A DNA stretch of 64,000 bases, from the NCBI RefSeq assembly GCF_009914755.1, contig NC_060926.1. One strand, 5' to 3'. The notes under the pieces were generated by a model. That model saw only the letters and a program-made list of their open reading frames with translations, was not told the DNA's origin and did not search any database. Below, piece by piece: positions 1 to 16,829 of the stretch; the stretch's first letter is position 1; every line of letters starts with the position of its first letter. The position numbers were made by a program, and so were the translations under genes. Origin of the DNA: the human T2T-CHM13v2.0 reference genome, Homo sapiens.

Positions 1-204
1 TGGATCAGTTTGGAGTTAGTCACACCTCTCAACAGGGTTACCTGCCCTTCTCTCAGGTCCAAAGAGAAGATAAAATGAAAGAGTCGAGCCACCTGATAAA
101 GGGGAAAAGGAGAAAAAAGCCATGGGCACCAAGGCAATAAAATGGAGTTGAAGGGAGCCATGTCCTCACCTCTTTCCTCCCATCACTCCCTCGCTCGCTC
201 ACCC

Positions 205-620
205 ATTTATTCACTCACTTGCAACAGATGCTGCTGGAGTGTTCACGAAGCTCTGCGTGAAGCACCGCAGAGGAACAAAGACGAGGATGGTACGGTCCCT
301 GCTCCCATGGAGCTCACAGTCTAGTTGGGGCATCAAGACACAAAAGTGCATGCCAGGCCACAAGTGACAAAGATGACCAACATCATGCCAGAGTACAGGG
401 CAGGGGATGGCACCGTCACCGTGGCTGAGCACGTGCAGAGGCCTCATCCTCTCACACAAGGGGTCGAACCCGAGTGAGGAGTGAGGTGAGGGCTGCATCC
501 TCTGAAGCGGGCGGGGGAAGGCACGTGCTGGCGGGGAAGTGCTTTGGGCCAGGGCGTGAGAGTGGACGAAAACCCAAGGTGCACCTGGGAAACGGTGAGT
601 GAACCCACCTGGGGAGAAGA
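205..620. mobile_element. L2 LINE remnant
   Basis: Degenerate L2 3'-end motif 'ggtccctgctcccatggagctcacagtctag' preceded by a tcattc-like tail. Boundaries approximate. Confidence 0.6.
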
Positions 621-2384
621 GGCTTTGGTGCCAGTGAGTAAAAGGAGACCAGCCTGGGAGAACTGGGCTTCAGCTGCCTAAACTTGGTTTTTGACAATAA
701 ACTGAGCACTCCACTGAAGGTTTTTGAGAGGTGAGCAGTGTGAAGGAGGCAGGATGTTGAATGATGAGAACATCCTAGATATGCCACGTGGCACATACCA
801 AGAACTTGCACCCAGTATCTGTTCTCCCCATTTCTCTCACTTTGCAGCAGGCACGTGGTTATCTGGAATACAGACGGTATTTTCTAGTCTCCTTTCTGGG
901 AAGTGCCCTTAAGGAGAGACAGCAGGCAAGAACAAGCATTAACTGGTGAGGGAGGTGGGCTTGGTGCTTCTGGTTCAGAGCAGGCTGGATGGGAGGTGAG
1001 GAGTGGAAGCCTGGGAGGTTAGACAGGCCTGTGCTGACCAATGACAGTGCTCAGGTGAGTTGGGTCTCTGTAGCCAGACCAAGCCCGGCCATCTGAGCCA
1101 GGCCCTTGCCCGGTGATGGGGAGTCAGGGCCACCAGGAGGGACCCTCCACATACAGCAGCTGCCCCTGGCCTTGCCTGTGGAAGTCTCAGCTGGAAGCTT
1201 TGCCTCATCTATACTTCCTCCTTCAGAGGCAAAGGCCCTGCTGGAAAGGGACAATGAGAAGGCAGGAAGGACTAAGGGTGGGAAGGGGGACCCACAGGAC
1301 AAATCTGCCCAGCCGCTGGTGCAAAGTGAGCTCTAATTATACTGGTGTGCAAACATGCCCACGCTATCGCACGTGATCGAGCTTTACAGAAACTGTGACT
1401 TACGGTGACAGGTACTTGTGATCCTCATTCTTTCACCCTGCATTAAGTGTTTCCCAGCCTCACCACAAGGCCAAGAGAGAGCTGATCGATCATCAGAAGA
1501 GCAGTACCCTGGGGTGTGAGAGACTCTAAAATCCTCAGTGAGGGACAGTCCAGGTACTCAGCCACCAGGGCCTGGTAGTGTAATCCAAGCACAAAACAGC
1601 CAGGAAGTGTCAGTTTAGGGTGTATGTGTTGGGGTGGGGAGTGCTTGGAGTGATGCAAGGACACTGGAGGAACTAGAGACCCTGGTGCCGATCACAGCTC
1701 AACAACTAACAGCTGCATGACCTTGGGCAAGTCACTCAAACCCCTGCTTGGTTTCCTCCCTGAAGTGAGGGTTCCAGCTGCTCCAGCAGCCCACGTTTGA
1801 CCTTCCTCCTGTCTTGGCAGGTGGCAGGTGCTCATGTGTCATAAGCTACACCTCAGGGTGGAAGAGGAAGAAGAAGCACCCCTATGAAAAGTCAGGCCCA
1901 GAACAGTGGGGAACCCTGAGCCCAGGGGAGCGTGGCTTGCGCAGGAAGACACAGCACATGCGAGGTGGGCCAGGACAAGGCAGGCAAGTCAGCCTCCTGT
2001 GCAGAAGAGCCTGCCTTGTAAATAACGTCCCAATGCCAGGGCCTGACTTTTTTTTTTTTATTCTGTTCAACAGTGAGGAAAGAGAAGATCATAATCAGCC
2101 TGAGATCAAACTGACATATGAGCAAATAACAGGCAACCTTTATTAAACATTTATTATAAACTCTGCATTCTGTGAAGTCTTTACACTGCCTCATAACTCC
2201 TGTGGCAGGTACTATGATCATCCCTGTTTGCAGGTGAAGAAGCGAGGTTCACAGAGGTGCAGCAGTAAGCAGGGAGCTGGGACTTTTAAACCTGGTCTGC
2301 TTATCTCCAAAGCCCAACTTTGGATATCCTTGATTCTAAGTATTGCTCTGTTGGTCATGGCAGCTAAAAATATGCACAACAGTC

Positions 2385-3300
2385 TTTCATTCCTTTAACA
2401 TTTACTGAGCACCTATGGAGATGCAGGTAAGACACATATACATGATGACATTAGTGCAGAGGACCCAGGAGTGAGAGGCCAGTTCTACCTGGGATCAGAG
2501 GAGGCTTCATGGAGGAGACGGCATTAACCTGGAGGAGATGGCATTAACCTGGAAGAGTGGGGAGGATTTCAAAGAGGTAGAAACAGAGGCAGATGAAGCA
2601 CCAACATGAGCAAAGGCAGAGGCAAGAAAGAGAAAATTCTGGAAACAGCGCTCAGAGTTGCTATTTCCAGAACAGTACAGAAGGCAGTTCTGTGAATGCA
2701 GTTATCACAAGAGCCAGAGAGGTAAGGAGAGACAAGACTGAAAGGCTAGGATCAGGGTCGGACTGTACAGGACTTAAACAGGAAGGGAGAGAGCAGTCGA
2801 CCATTTGGGTAGCTACTGCAAGAGTCCAAGCTAGAAGGAAGGGTGTGGAGGAAGGCCCAAATGCAGAGAAGGGATGTCAAATGGTTAGGGCTTGAAGAGT
2901 AAGTGGGAGGAAGGTGGGGCATCAAAGGTGACAGAGATTTGGAGCTTGGGTGCCTGACAAGATGGTAATTTCATTATCATCAGAATGGTGGGACACACGG
3001 AAGGGCAGATTTGGAGTTACAGGACTGTCAACTAAAGTATGAAGGAAACAAGGGAGATATTCAGCAGAGAACCAGGAACACTTGGATTGAGCCCTGGGCA
3101 GAGAAGCCCATCTGGGAACCAGGTCATCAGGTGACAGCGGAAGGTGAGGGACAGGATGAGATGGTGCTAGGAGAGAGAGGAGAGAAAGGTGGGGCCCAGA
3201 GAAATTCATCTAACACTGAGGCGTGAGGAAAGGAGGGAGGAGGCAAACATGAGAGGGGAATCAGAGAGAAGAGGAGAACGAGGAGGTGCCATGTCACCAC
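2385..3300. mobile_element. L2 LINE remnant
   Basis: 'tcattcctttaacatttactgagcacctatgg' and 'cagaggaggcttcatggaggag' are typical L2 motifs. Boundaries approximate. Confidence 0.55.
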
Positions 3301-4884
3301 AGCCAAGAGACAGCCCTTCCCACTCACGCATGATCCTCAAATATTTCCTCAGACCTCTAGGTTCCACCAGGCCCTGTGAGGTCAGGCAGGCAGGCTTCCC
3401 TCTTTCCTCTTGGACCCTTGAGGCATCAGGCTGCACAATCTCCACAGGTAGCCACAGAACAGAGCAGGTAAGTAATGTCGGACCGCCAACTCCGTGTGAA
3501 TTCCTGGCCCTTCCTCTTCAGCTGAGTGTGATGTGGGTGTTTCATTCATTTGAATCCACTTCACTATGCATGGAGCAGTGTGAGGTGAGGTAACACTCCA
3601 GGTAGAAACACTGGGAGAGCCGGAATCCAGCACACTGGTAAAAAGTCTTGCTTGGTTCTGCTTCGACACATTTTGAGAGTGAAACTTGGGTACGAGTTGA
3701 CTAATATTTGGGAGACTGGAGGGTAGGGAATACTTCCAAACTTTTTCAGCAGTTTGTCCATACAGTTTAGATAATCTTGGTGTTTAAAAATGGTTGCCGT
3801 GGTGAATTCTAAATATTAACTTCATGTCACATAGTCCTTGGCTAAAAAATGAAGAAAGAAGGCTAACTTGATGTGAGCTAGCACAGTGGCCAGGAAATGC
3901 TCCTCTGAGGGATGAAGAGACAAACATAGGGCTTTCTGGAATCCTTACCCTCTTTGATTCAATAGATGGTAGAGACTAAAGCCAGAGAGGTGAAACATAC
4001 AGATCTGGTTAGGGGACAGCAGTCATCTCTTCTCCGTCCTTGGAAATATCTCCTAAGTATGAGCTGACACAGGGAGGTTTTATAAAAAGAAAATCAATGC
4101 CTGCCCTCTGACTAATTGTTAACAGGTAGTTTTTTTTGCTAGAAAGCAAAACAAAGGCAAGGCAACTGACTCCAGTCAGGTCAGAAACCCCAAATCACTG
4201 GGCTTATGAACTTCCTCAAATGAGCTTTTGATTCCAAAAATAGTTTCATGGTGATTTAAAAGCAGTATTTTATTCAAGCCAGACATTTAGATAGAGCACT
4301 GATGGATAAAAGATAAGGATACGTGGGAGAGGGCTTTTTTTTTTCTATTGTGCTGACTGTTTTGTAGATCTTCTTTTTCTTTTTAAGGAAAGAGTGGGAA
4401 AATTTTTTTTAAGTAGAAAAACAAAATAATATAACTCTCAGTGGATTGTGCCTGGCTGTTCAGATGCTAAGGGCTATAACCAACGCTTGGCTATCGCCTG
4501 TTGGCCGCTGACTATAATTGCAGGCCAAGTGCCTGAGTTTTAGAGAGCAAGTCAGGAAAGCAGAGGTCATGGTGTGAAAGCGGGCCAGACCAGTAAAGAG
4601 GAAGAAGAAATAAGAGCTACAGCATGGGTGCTGCTATAGGCTGAGTTTCCAGCTCCTGGTGAACCTTATATACAGAGGCCCCAAGGAGCTGAGTAGGTAA
4701 GGAGGGGTGGGTGTCCTTTTGAAGCCAGAGCAACTGTGGGCAAAGGGGTGAAAAACAGGCAAAGGAGAACCCTGGAGGGTTAACAAAGGGCTTGGGGCAG
4801 TGCTGTCCAAAAGAACTTTCTTCAATAATGGAAATGTGCTATCAGCCATACTGGCAAATGAGGACTTGAAATGGGGCTAGTACA

Positions 4885-5174
<290 letters not shown>

Positions 5175-5220
5175 GGGGGTGGGGGGCTAGTACAACTGAG
5201 GAATTCAATTTTAGGTATAC

Positions 5221-6084
<864 letters not shown>

Positions 6085-6699
6085 GGTATACTCAATTTTA
6101 ATTAATTTAAATTTAAACAGCTACATGTGGCAAGTGGATACCATATTAGACAGGGCAGGGTTAGAGGAATCAAAAAGGTATATACTTCAAATCAATCAAC
6201 AAGGTTTAATGAATAGCTATGAGTGCAAAGCACTAAATAACAAAGCATTGTTCTGTTTTTGTTTATTTTCTAAGCAAGAAACAAAGGAAAAGAAGCCAGA
6301 GCCCCTCATCTCAAGAAGCTTACAATACCAGATTTGGGGATGGTGGAGGATGGAGCCATATACACACAAACACAACTCTGAAAACAAACTGCAAGAGAAG
6401 AATCCCTAATTCACAGAATGCTGGTTTTACTTAGAGCAGCTTTCTTCAATAGGTGGACTATAGTAATAGTATTGGTACTACTGGAAATGTTCTGGAGACA
6501 AGATCTCCGGGGGAACTAAAACATTATTTTTCGAGTTATGAGACAAGTGAAAAATGAATGTTGGTTTACCAGGTCTGAGAATTCAGCAGGCAGAAGAAAC
6601 CTAGTATGTGGTTCAAACTGCAAGGGAAGTAAGGTAGCCTGGAGACCCCATGGTTTTAAAATTTTTGTTCAGTGGTTCGTCTCACTATGGTTTCTTTTT

Positions 6700-7022
6700 C
6701 TTTCTCTCTTTCTTTTTTTTTCTTTTTTCTTTTTTTTTTTTTGACAGAGTTTCACTCTTGTTGCCCAGGCTGAAGTGCAATGGTGTGATCTCGGCTTACC
6801 GCGACCTCCACCTCCTGAGTTCAAGAGATTCTCCTGTCTCAGCCTTCCGAGTAGCTAGGATTACAGGCATGCACCACCACGCCCGGCTAATTTTGTATTT
6901 TCAGTGGAGACAGGGTTTCTCCATGTTGGTCAGGCTGGTTTCAAACACCCAACCTCAGGTGATCTGCCCGTCTTGGCCTCCCAAAGTGCTGGGATTACAG
7001 GCGTGAGCCACCACGGCCAGCC
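6700..7022 (-). mobile_element. AluS (Sp/Sq-like)
   Basis: Poly-T tail followed by 'gagtttcactcttgttgcccaggctg..gtgcaatgg'. Confidence 0.9.
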
Positions 7023-7438
7023 TATGGTTTATTTTTCATGTGAGAATATGTTTTGCTTAACAAATAAATTTCTAGAGCATTATTTTTTTTTTTAAGAGAG
7101 AGACTTTTCATTTCTAGTCTTAAAAAGATCTGGGGTTCAGTTTTCCCTCTGGATGGAATTACCAGTTAGGAGACAGGTACCATGTAGGAGCAGAGCCAGC
7201 AGAGACTAGGAATGCTGAGACAGAGGGTTCTTGAGAAGTGTTTCCTCAGGAAGGACGCACAGCAGTTTTCACTCAAAGAAAGATGCATCAACACTTCCCG
7301 GGGATAGGGGTTAGCCTTGTAGGAAATTGAGGGTGGGATAGGGGTTAAATTCCCTGGAAGAAATTTCTCATGCCTGATGTTTTTTGTTTGTTTTAGCTCT
7401 TCCAGTTCTAAGACAAAACAGTAATATTAACATTAATA

Positions 7439-7908
<470 letters not shown>

Positions 7909-8391
7909 TAATAATGTGGTTTACAAATTTTTTCCACAATTCATGATGATACAAAAAACACTCCTGCAAACATTAATTTTACTAGAGAAAGGACACAGGG
8001 CTCAACATTATTTTTGAAAGGATTAACTAAAAGTGTAGTCAAAAGATTTTTCATTCTTCAGTTTAAGCTCCATAGTTTCCTCCTAGAAAGTCACTGAAGT
8101 ATGGAAAAAAGAAGACAGAAGGAGGAATTACTCTTTCATCCCATCGTTTTATCCCAGCCTCCATTTAATCTGTCAGAACTAATCTGTATCCTGGCCTGTA
8201 ATTCCAGCCCAGTGTGCTGAGTCTCTTCCAGGAATGATCCTAAGGAAGAGTATTCTCACCATGCAACACTCTCTCTTGCATCCCTTTCACTAAATGCAGT
8301 AGATACTGAGAGTGAGAACTGATTTGTAAGTTGAGGGTGTTTTGTGGGAGGAGAAGACAGGCAGGTCCAAGAAATTTAAAATGAAGCCAGG

Positions 8392-8876
<485 letters not shown>

Positions 8877-9016
8877 CTATGGGTGACTTTGCAGCGTGTC
8901 TTTTTTTCAGACAGTTGCTCTAATTATTCCCCTTGGGTAATCAACAAGATTGATAAGGGCTCAGCCAGGTGCGAGGCACTGTGCTAGGCTCTTGGGAGCA
9001 CTACAAAAGAGGTGGG

Positions 9017-9295
9017 ATGCCTGTAATCCCAGCACTTTGGGAGGCTGAGGTGGGCGGATCACCTGAGGTCAGGAGTTCAAGACTAGCCTGGCCAACATGG
9101 CAAAACCCAGTCTCTACTAAAAATATAAAAATTAGACAGGCATGGTGGCAGGCGCCTATAATCCCAGCTACTCAGGAGGCTGAGGCAGGGAGAATTGCTT
9201 GAACCCGGGAGGCAGAGGTTGCAGTGAGCTGAGATTGTACCACTATACTCCAGCCTAGGCGACAGAGCAAGACTACATCTCAAAAAAAAAAAAAA
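9017..9295 (+). mobile_element. AluS, lacking its first ~18 nt
   Basis: Begins at 'atgcctgtaatcccagcactttggg'. Poly-A tail present. Confidence 0.9.
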
Positions 9296-9554
9296 GTGGG
9301 AGAATTTGTAGTCCCATCATAGTATTTCTCAACTGGCAGTAAATTTTGGAGAAATAAACACCGGCCTCCCCCTCCCCGCTACCCGGTTCCCACACACACG
9401 CCACTGCTTTCCTCATTCTCAAGGTTAAGGCTTCCAAGGAGGTGAATCTGCATTCCAGGAATGTTACTGAAATTAACTGCTTTAACCTTCATCACCTGTG
9501 CCCCCTATGGTTCTGTATGGGGTCTCAGGCAGTGACTTGTACAGAGCTGGCTGT

Positions 9555-9710
9555 TTAAAAATCATCTGGGGAACTTGTTAAAAATAGAGATTCATGGGCC
9601 CACTGCCTGAGATTCTGATTCAGCACATCTGAGAATCTATTAAAAAAAAAATAAAAAGCAAAGCTCTCCAGGTGGCTTGGGCATGCAAGCCAGATTTGGA
9701 CCCACTGGTG
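9555..9710. mobile_element. MER5-type hAT MITE
   Basis: 'aatcatctggggaacttgttaaaaatagagattc...gagattctgattcag...ccaggtgg'. Confidence 0.6.
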
Positions 9711-11978
9711 AGTCATCATCCTTTGACCAAGGCCTGAAGTGATCCACTGTTGCTATGGAAACCACTGATGTACACCTCAGCTAGATTGGATTTTTGGATT
9801 TTACTTCTTCTTTTATTTTTTTTTAAGTACACATCTGTTTCAAAAATAGAGGGCATTATTTTTAGAAGAGAATATGTGTTTTCTCTCTCCAGATATTTAT
9901 ATTTAGAGAGAAAAAGCAAAGCCCCACAAGGCAGAAAATTTTCTCATCTGAAACCAAATTCAACAGAAAGCAGATGTCCCTCACTACGTTAGTCCAGCTG
10001 GAAAGAACTAATGAGCAGTTATTTCCTGAGGCAACTTTCAGACTGTCTGGCGCTTCTTTTAGGTTTCAGCTGCTATAAGGTGCCTGGATGGAGAAGACGG
10101 GCTCACGGGCTTCCCGGGTGGTTAGGGGACAGGCAGTGACTGGCCAGGATGATAGGAAGACTCTGGAGGCTCCATCTTGAGGCAGACCCAGAAAAGGATG
10201 GCCTGCAGAAGTTATTGTCAGAATGAAATCTACATGCACGCAGCTGTGCCACCAGGTGACGCACACTGAACCACCCTGACAGATATAGCACGTTTATACT
10301 CCAGGAATGAATGGAGGAAAGAGCAGCAGCCTGTTTTCCTCAGGCTTCAGAGGCAGAACAGATGGGGTAGAGAGAGGCTGAGACAGGGTTTCCGTAGCTT
10401 TACGTTGCCAGGTTGGCCTGATGAATTCAGAATTTAGCAATTCTGAGTTCTCTTTTGTTTCAGCTTAAAGATTAAAGCATAAAATGGTTGCATCTCAAAT
10501 AGAAGGTTCTTGGAATTTATTGCTGTTCATAAATCCTGATTGATCTTGGGAAACCAAAGCAGAATTTCCCTTCCAAAGATACTCACTGGGATCCCTCATT
10601 TTGCCAGCAGCTATTATAGTAAAGGGGCAGAGACCCCCTGGACCCCCAACCCCGAGATCTGCCACATGGAGTGGCGGGACACCTAGCTACAATTCTGTGT
10701 TATAGATGGAGCTGGTCTTGTCTGAAAGAGGAATCATTCATTTTTGGTTCCCCTTCCCTCTTGTCCAGGCTTTGTCTGCAGAATTCCTTGGCTTCCTGAA
10801 AGGTACTTTTCAAGCAACTACCCGGCCCAGTGTGCTGAGTCTCTTCCAGAAATGATCCTAATGTGCTTCTCTTTGGTTCAGGGCAAGGAAAACCCAGCTC
10901 AGTCTCTTGAAACTGGCTCTCAGCACCCTCCATCCTGCCATCCGCACAATGTTCATAGAGCACCAAGATCTGTACTAATCATCTTCTTGCAAACCTTTTA
11001 AGCCCCATCGCCTCCTTCCCCAAAACCCTCACATCACCACAAGGGACAAACTTCCTTATGCTAATACAACTCACCTCCCAACCACTGTGTCTTTCCAATC
11101 ATCAGCATAACTGCCTTCCCTCCACCACCAGCCGAATGTAGGTCCCTACTCCACACATGGTTGTTGGGGAAGGGCTTGTCCCTGGGGAACACTAGGATGA
11201 TCTGCTGATTTCACATGAGAGGAAATATCTGACCAATTTAACTTTTCAGATCTACGTAAATAATGACAAATTGACGACAACAAGAGGGTGATATGAGAAG
11301 ATGCTAGGAAGAAACACAGTTTTGAAAAGGGCTGGAGAGAATAGAGAAAGAAGTAATGCTCACACCACAACATCCCACAGACTGGTGTTTATTTCAAACC
11401 TCCTCCACTTCAGTTGTTATGGCTTGGCACATTACTGACCTCCATGTCTGGACCACTCAACTTATTCTAGGACCTGGGTTCCTTCCCCTGGATCTGCTGG
11501 GCCACATGATCGTGAGTGAGTCCACCCGCTTGCTCAGGTAGTCTCTCCACCTGTCCACTGCATTTAGGCGACTCTCCCAGTGCACCCTAGGAAACTGCAG
11601 AGAAGCACTCTCTCCCTCTCTCCCCTGCCCTCTTCTGTTTCTCCCAGGCCTAAGTGCCAAGTAAGTTAGAAATTCTATTATTTTCTTGTTTCCAGTGGGG
11701 TTGGATAAGTTAGAAATTCTTAACCTGGGACGCACAGATGAGCTTCAGGGGCTCTGGGAACCTCTTGATATTGCAAGTATGTGGGCATGTGTGTTGGGGG
11801 ATGAGAATTTTCTGGGGCAAGATTCAGCATTTTTTTCCATCAGATTTTCAAAAGGACCCCTAAAAGATGAAAAACCACTGATTGGTCCTTAGCCTGTTCT
11901 GTGTGGTCGCACAGGTGATGAGCAGGGCACACTAGAGGGACTGAGACTCATGTAGTTGTGGTACTTCCAGCACAGTAC

Positions 11979-12092
11979 CTTGGAAGCAGCCATCACAGCC
12001 GCTGTGGCGGCCACGTTCAAGCCCCGCTTCCCGAAGTGCACAAGGGCATCGTAACTTCGGTCTTTTGCTTGGACCAGACAATCATCGATTTC
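11979..12092 (-). CDS. REEP1: REEP1 coding exon 5 (114 nt), encodes [38 protein letters not shown]
   Basis: Minus strand tttcctttgacag|GAAATCGAT...TCCAAG|gtactg. Symmetric phase 0/0 exon with local CpG retention typical of coding sequence. Confidence 0.97.
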
Positions 12093-12439
12093 CTGTCAAA
12101 GGAAAAACAGAGGCACACTGAGCTGGAAGGTTCAAACACATCTCTGTTTTCTTTCCTTTCCTCTGAGCATTGGGCTTGGCAGCTTGCCCAATCCTTGTTC
12201 TTGCTGGGCCTGAAAAGCTGTAGGCACTTTGAAGGTGTGCGTGCAGAGGGGAGAGCAGAGATACAGGAGAGTAGAAAAGGGAACTCTGAAAACACTGCAA
12301 CTTACGGATCCAGCGATGCCCTGAGATTGTTTCTAAAGCCCTCTGACCTTCCAGGAGGCTCCAGGAGGTTCTGGATATGGACAGCCTTGCCTGCCATTCT
12401 ACACACAGCCACTCACCAGACACTGAAAGCACCCAGGGT

Positions 12440-12645
12440 GGAGAGAGTGCCCAGAACCGAGCTTCTAGCCTCAGACCTGCCACCAACTGACTGCCAGACC
12501 TTGGCAAGCCTCTCTACACACAGTTTTAGTCTTCTGAAAAACGAGGATAATGATAATACCCAACTTGCGGAGCATGGTGAGGATTAAATGAGGTAATTCC
12601 AGTAAAACATCTAACACAGTGGCTAGTTTCAATAAATGATAACCA
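12440..12645. mobile_element. MIR
   Basis: 'gaccttggcaagc...ctgaaaaacgaggataatgataatacc...gtgaggattaaatgag' core MIR motif. Confidence 0.7.
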
Positions 12646-12936
12646 TGTCATCTTCCTTATCTTGACAGGGTTGAGCCCTTGCAGTTCTAAAATTCTGTTA
12701 TTCTATAGTTATTTAATTCTAAAATCAAATATCACCCCATTTGTATATCGATGGGAGGGATTACAAAGCTGAAAGAAATGAGTATTACTGGATAAGGGAG
12801 ATTGTTTTACACATATTCAAATAAAATCAGAAATTAGAAGTCATCCAGTGTCATGCAACAAGGTAAAGGTGAGATGGAAAACAGGATTGAGGTCTTCTTC
12901 AGGGACCAAAGCCAAGTACAATATTGGTTTAGTTCA

Positions 12937-13382
<446 letters not shown>

Positions 13383-14219
13383 TCAAGTTCTGTGCATTAG
13401 TGTATTTCCATTGCTTTGAGGTGTGCAAGTGGGTCAGCAACCTCCTGCTGGATTCCCTGTGGAAGGCTTCCCCAGGAAGTCATAGCAGCAGGCCCTCTAA
13501 CTGTGACCTGCCTGTCCCCCACCACCACCCCTTTGGAAGTGATTCTTGGCAACTCTTAAGAGTCAGTCACCTTCACTTCAATGGAAGTTACATTGGCAGC
13601 TTCAGGGGAAGCCCAGCATTTGGGGAAAGGGAAGTAAGACGAGTAGGGATTTGATAACCAGGTCAAGACAGGGATCCGTTCCTCAAAATCCACCCTTCTG
13701 AGACAGGAAGTGCTGCGGTCCGAGTTCCTAAAGAGATTTTCCGAAACTTGTACAGTAGCCTGCTCATCCAACGGATATGTTTCCCAAAGCCTTCCCCTTT
13801 CTAGTCCAAGGAATTCAACTTTCAGAAACAATAGACATTAATCTGTCAAGCCACCTATAATGCTCCTATTTTAGTTAAGAAACCCCACTACACAATCAGC
13901 TTAGTAAGTAATACAGTTAACGAATGATACAATGTTGGAATCGTTTGACTTAATAATCCTGCTCTTGGGAATTAATTCTAAGACAATTAAAGGAAGCAAC
14001 TAAACTCCAGGAATGGTAGTGCTCACTGCAGAACTATCTATATCAGGAAAAGGTAGAGATAATCTAAATATCTAGCAGTAAGGGAACATCATCATGGGTA
14101 TTACGAAGACCAAGTAGAAATGGATTTGTGTGCAAACACATTTAAAATCTCAGGATACAAACATTTTATTTAAGTTTTTAAATCATTTTTTTAAAAAAAT
14201 TCTACATAAAATTTTAATC

Positions 14220-14352
14220 TTTCTTTCTTTTTTTAAGAGATGGGGACTCTCTAGGTTGCCCAGGCTGGCTTTGAACTTCTGGGCTCAAGTGATTCTCCCA
14301 CCTTATACCCCTGAGTAGCTGGAATTACAGGCATGCACCACCACACCTGGCT
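14220..14352 (-). mobile_element. FLAM/Alu monomer
   Basis: Monomer-length Alu-like sequence. Confidence 0.75.
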
Positions 14353-14715
14353 TTCAGGTAAGATTTAAAATAGTCTATGTAAAAATCATGTCTATAAAAG
14401 GACAGGGGCTAAGCATGACAAAAGGAAGGAAATTCACTTTGCGTGGTTAAATTGAGTGAATTTTTTCTTTCTTTTGTTTCAATTTATGGAAATGTTTTCC
14501 AGTAAATAATGACAAATAACATCTTTTAGAGAACTTCACCACTATTTCTAAACACGTCTCAGAAATACACTTAAAAAAAACGATTAGGAGGAATGACTTG
14601 CTGGAGGCAAATGAGAGCCAAATGAGAAGTCTCCTGCAATAAGATCATCCCTTTTTATTTATTACTTATTTTCTCACTTGCTAGAAAGAATGAAAGACAT
14701 GGCAGCATATATTAC

Positions 14716-14836
14716 CTTTTCTTTTGAAGATAGCGTGGGATGTACAAACTTCCTGTACAGGAGGCTGGAGCCTTTTGTGTAGGGAGACAGCAGCCAGGCT
14801 ACAAATGCTATTTTTAGTTCATAATAGAATGGAAAC
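14716..14836 (-). CDS. REEP1: REEP1 coding exon 4 (121 nt), encodes (W)[40 protein letters not shown]
   Basis: Minus strand ctctctctccag|GTTTCCATTC...AAAAGAAAAG|gtaata. Frame continues from exon 3 (phase 2). Confidence 0.97.
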
Positions 14837-15957
14837 CTGGAGAGAGAGATGAAAACACAAGTTCTGTTAGGTTCTCAGCAACACTGCCCTTTTGAAGGAT
14901 GAGACCCGGTGGGTGGCAAGGACGCCTCTCCTGCTTGCATGTGGCTGCAAGTTTCCCAGATTCCTCTGTCCTCCACCTATGAAGGTGAGGGCACACACTT
15001 GCACACACACAGTACAACCCCAACGCCTCTCTTTGAAAACCAGTTCGTGTTTTCTTTTGTTGCCAAAGCAAACCAGGAACACAGGTTCTCTCCAGCAATC
15101 ACCCCCGTGGCCCTGCCTGGCACAGGCTGGAGCTTCCTGCTGGGCTGTGCTCATTTAGATTGGAGCTAGGGTTCTGGCCACAGCCTACAGGCTCAGAGGA
15201 TCTCTTCTACGCTGTACACCCAGTCACTCACTCTTCACTCACATCCAAGAAGGGACAAACACCAGGGGGAATTACAGCAGGGAAGAGTTGACAAAAAAAT
15301 CTCTAGACTGAGAATGAAAGCCTCTCTTTCTTGGCTGCCTTCTTGGCCCAAACAGAGGCAGGGACAAGAGCCCAGCTCTTGGCAGGAAGGAGAATGCTAC
15401 TCACCCTACTCAAGTCAATGGCAGGCAAACAGATTTTGATCTTCTTAGTGCCAAGAAACAGAAGAGTCCACGGTGCAGATAGCACATAATTCTGGAGTTT
15501 GCAGTCCTGCATACCCTCAAGCCTGTTCATTTATTTGTCCCCCCACAGGCAGGCACCCAGTCCCTGTACGTGCCAGCTTGTACTGAGCACCAGGTATAAG
15601 GAGGTACAGGGAGGCAACGGTGAGCAAAGAAGACCTGATTCCTGCCCTCATGGAGCTTCTGGTCCACTGGGAACACAGACAAGATTCTGGCATCCTTGGA
15701 ACTAAGGGTCCAGTCAGGGAAACAGAGATTTATAAAATAATCACAAATAATATAGAACAGAAACCTGAGACAAGTGCCATAGTGCTAGCCCACGTGGTGC
15801 CTTTGAATGTATTAGAAGAAAACTGGCCTCTTCAACTGGAAGCAGTTCTGTGGCCACATACCACAGAGCTTGGTCTGAATTTCAGCCCCATTCACCTGCT
15901 TGGCCAGATATCTTGTGCTGTGAACAACCCGAGCAACCATATTTGGCAGTCCAGAGG

Positions 15958-16829
<872 letters not shown>

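Noticed and set aside
2510-2553. 20-bp tandem duplication (tggaggaga(c/t)ggcattaacc); a similar ~22-bp duplication lies at 46529-46575
   Set aside because: Simple two-copy slippage duplications with no spacer structure or evident function.
3460-3475. Strong + strand donor CAG|GTAAGT suggesting an antisense exon
   Set aside because: No convincing acceptor or promoter partner. Isolated donors are expected by chance in 64 kb.
11958-12587. 209-aa + strand ORF overlapping exon 5 in antisense
   Set aside because: Non-ATG start, no recognisable domain, runs into a MIR. Its openness is partly a shadow of the REEP1 exon.
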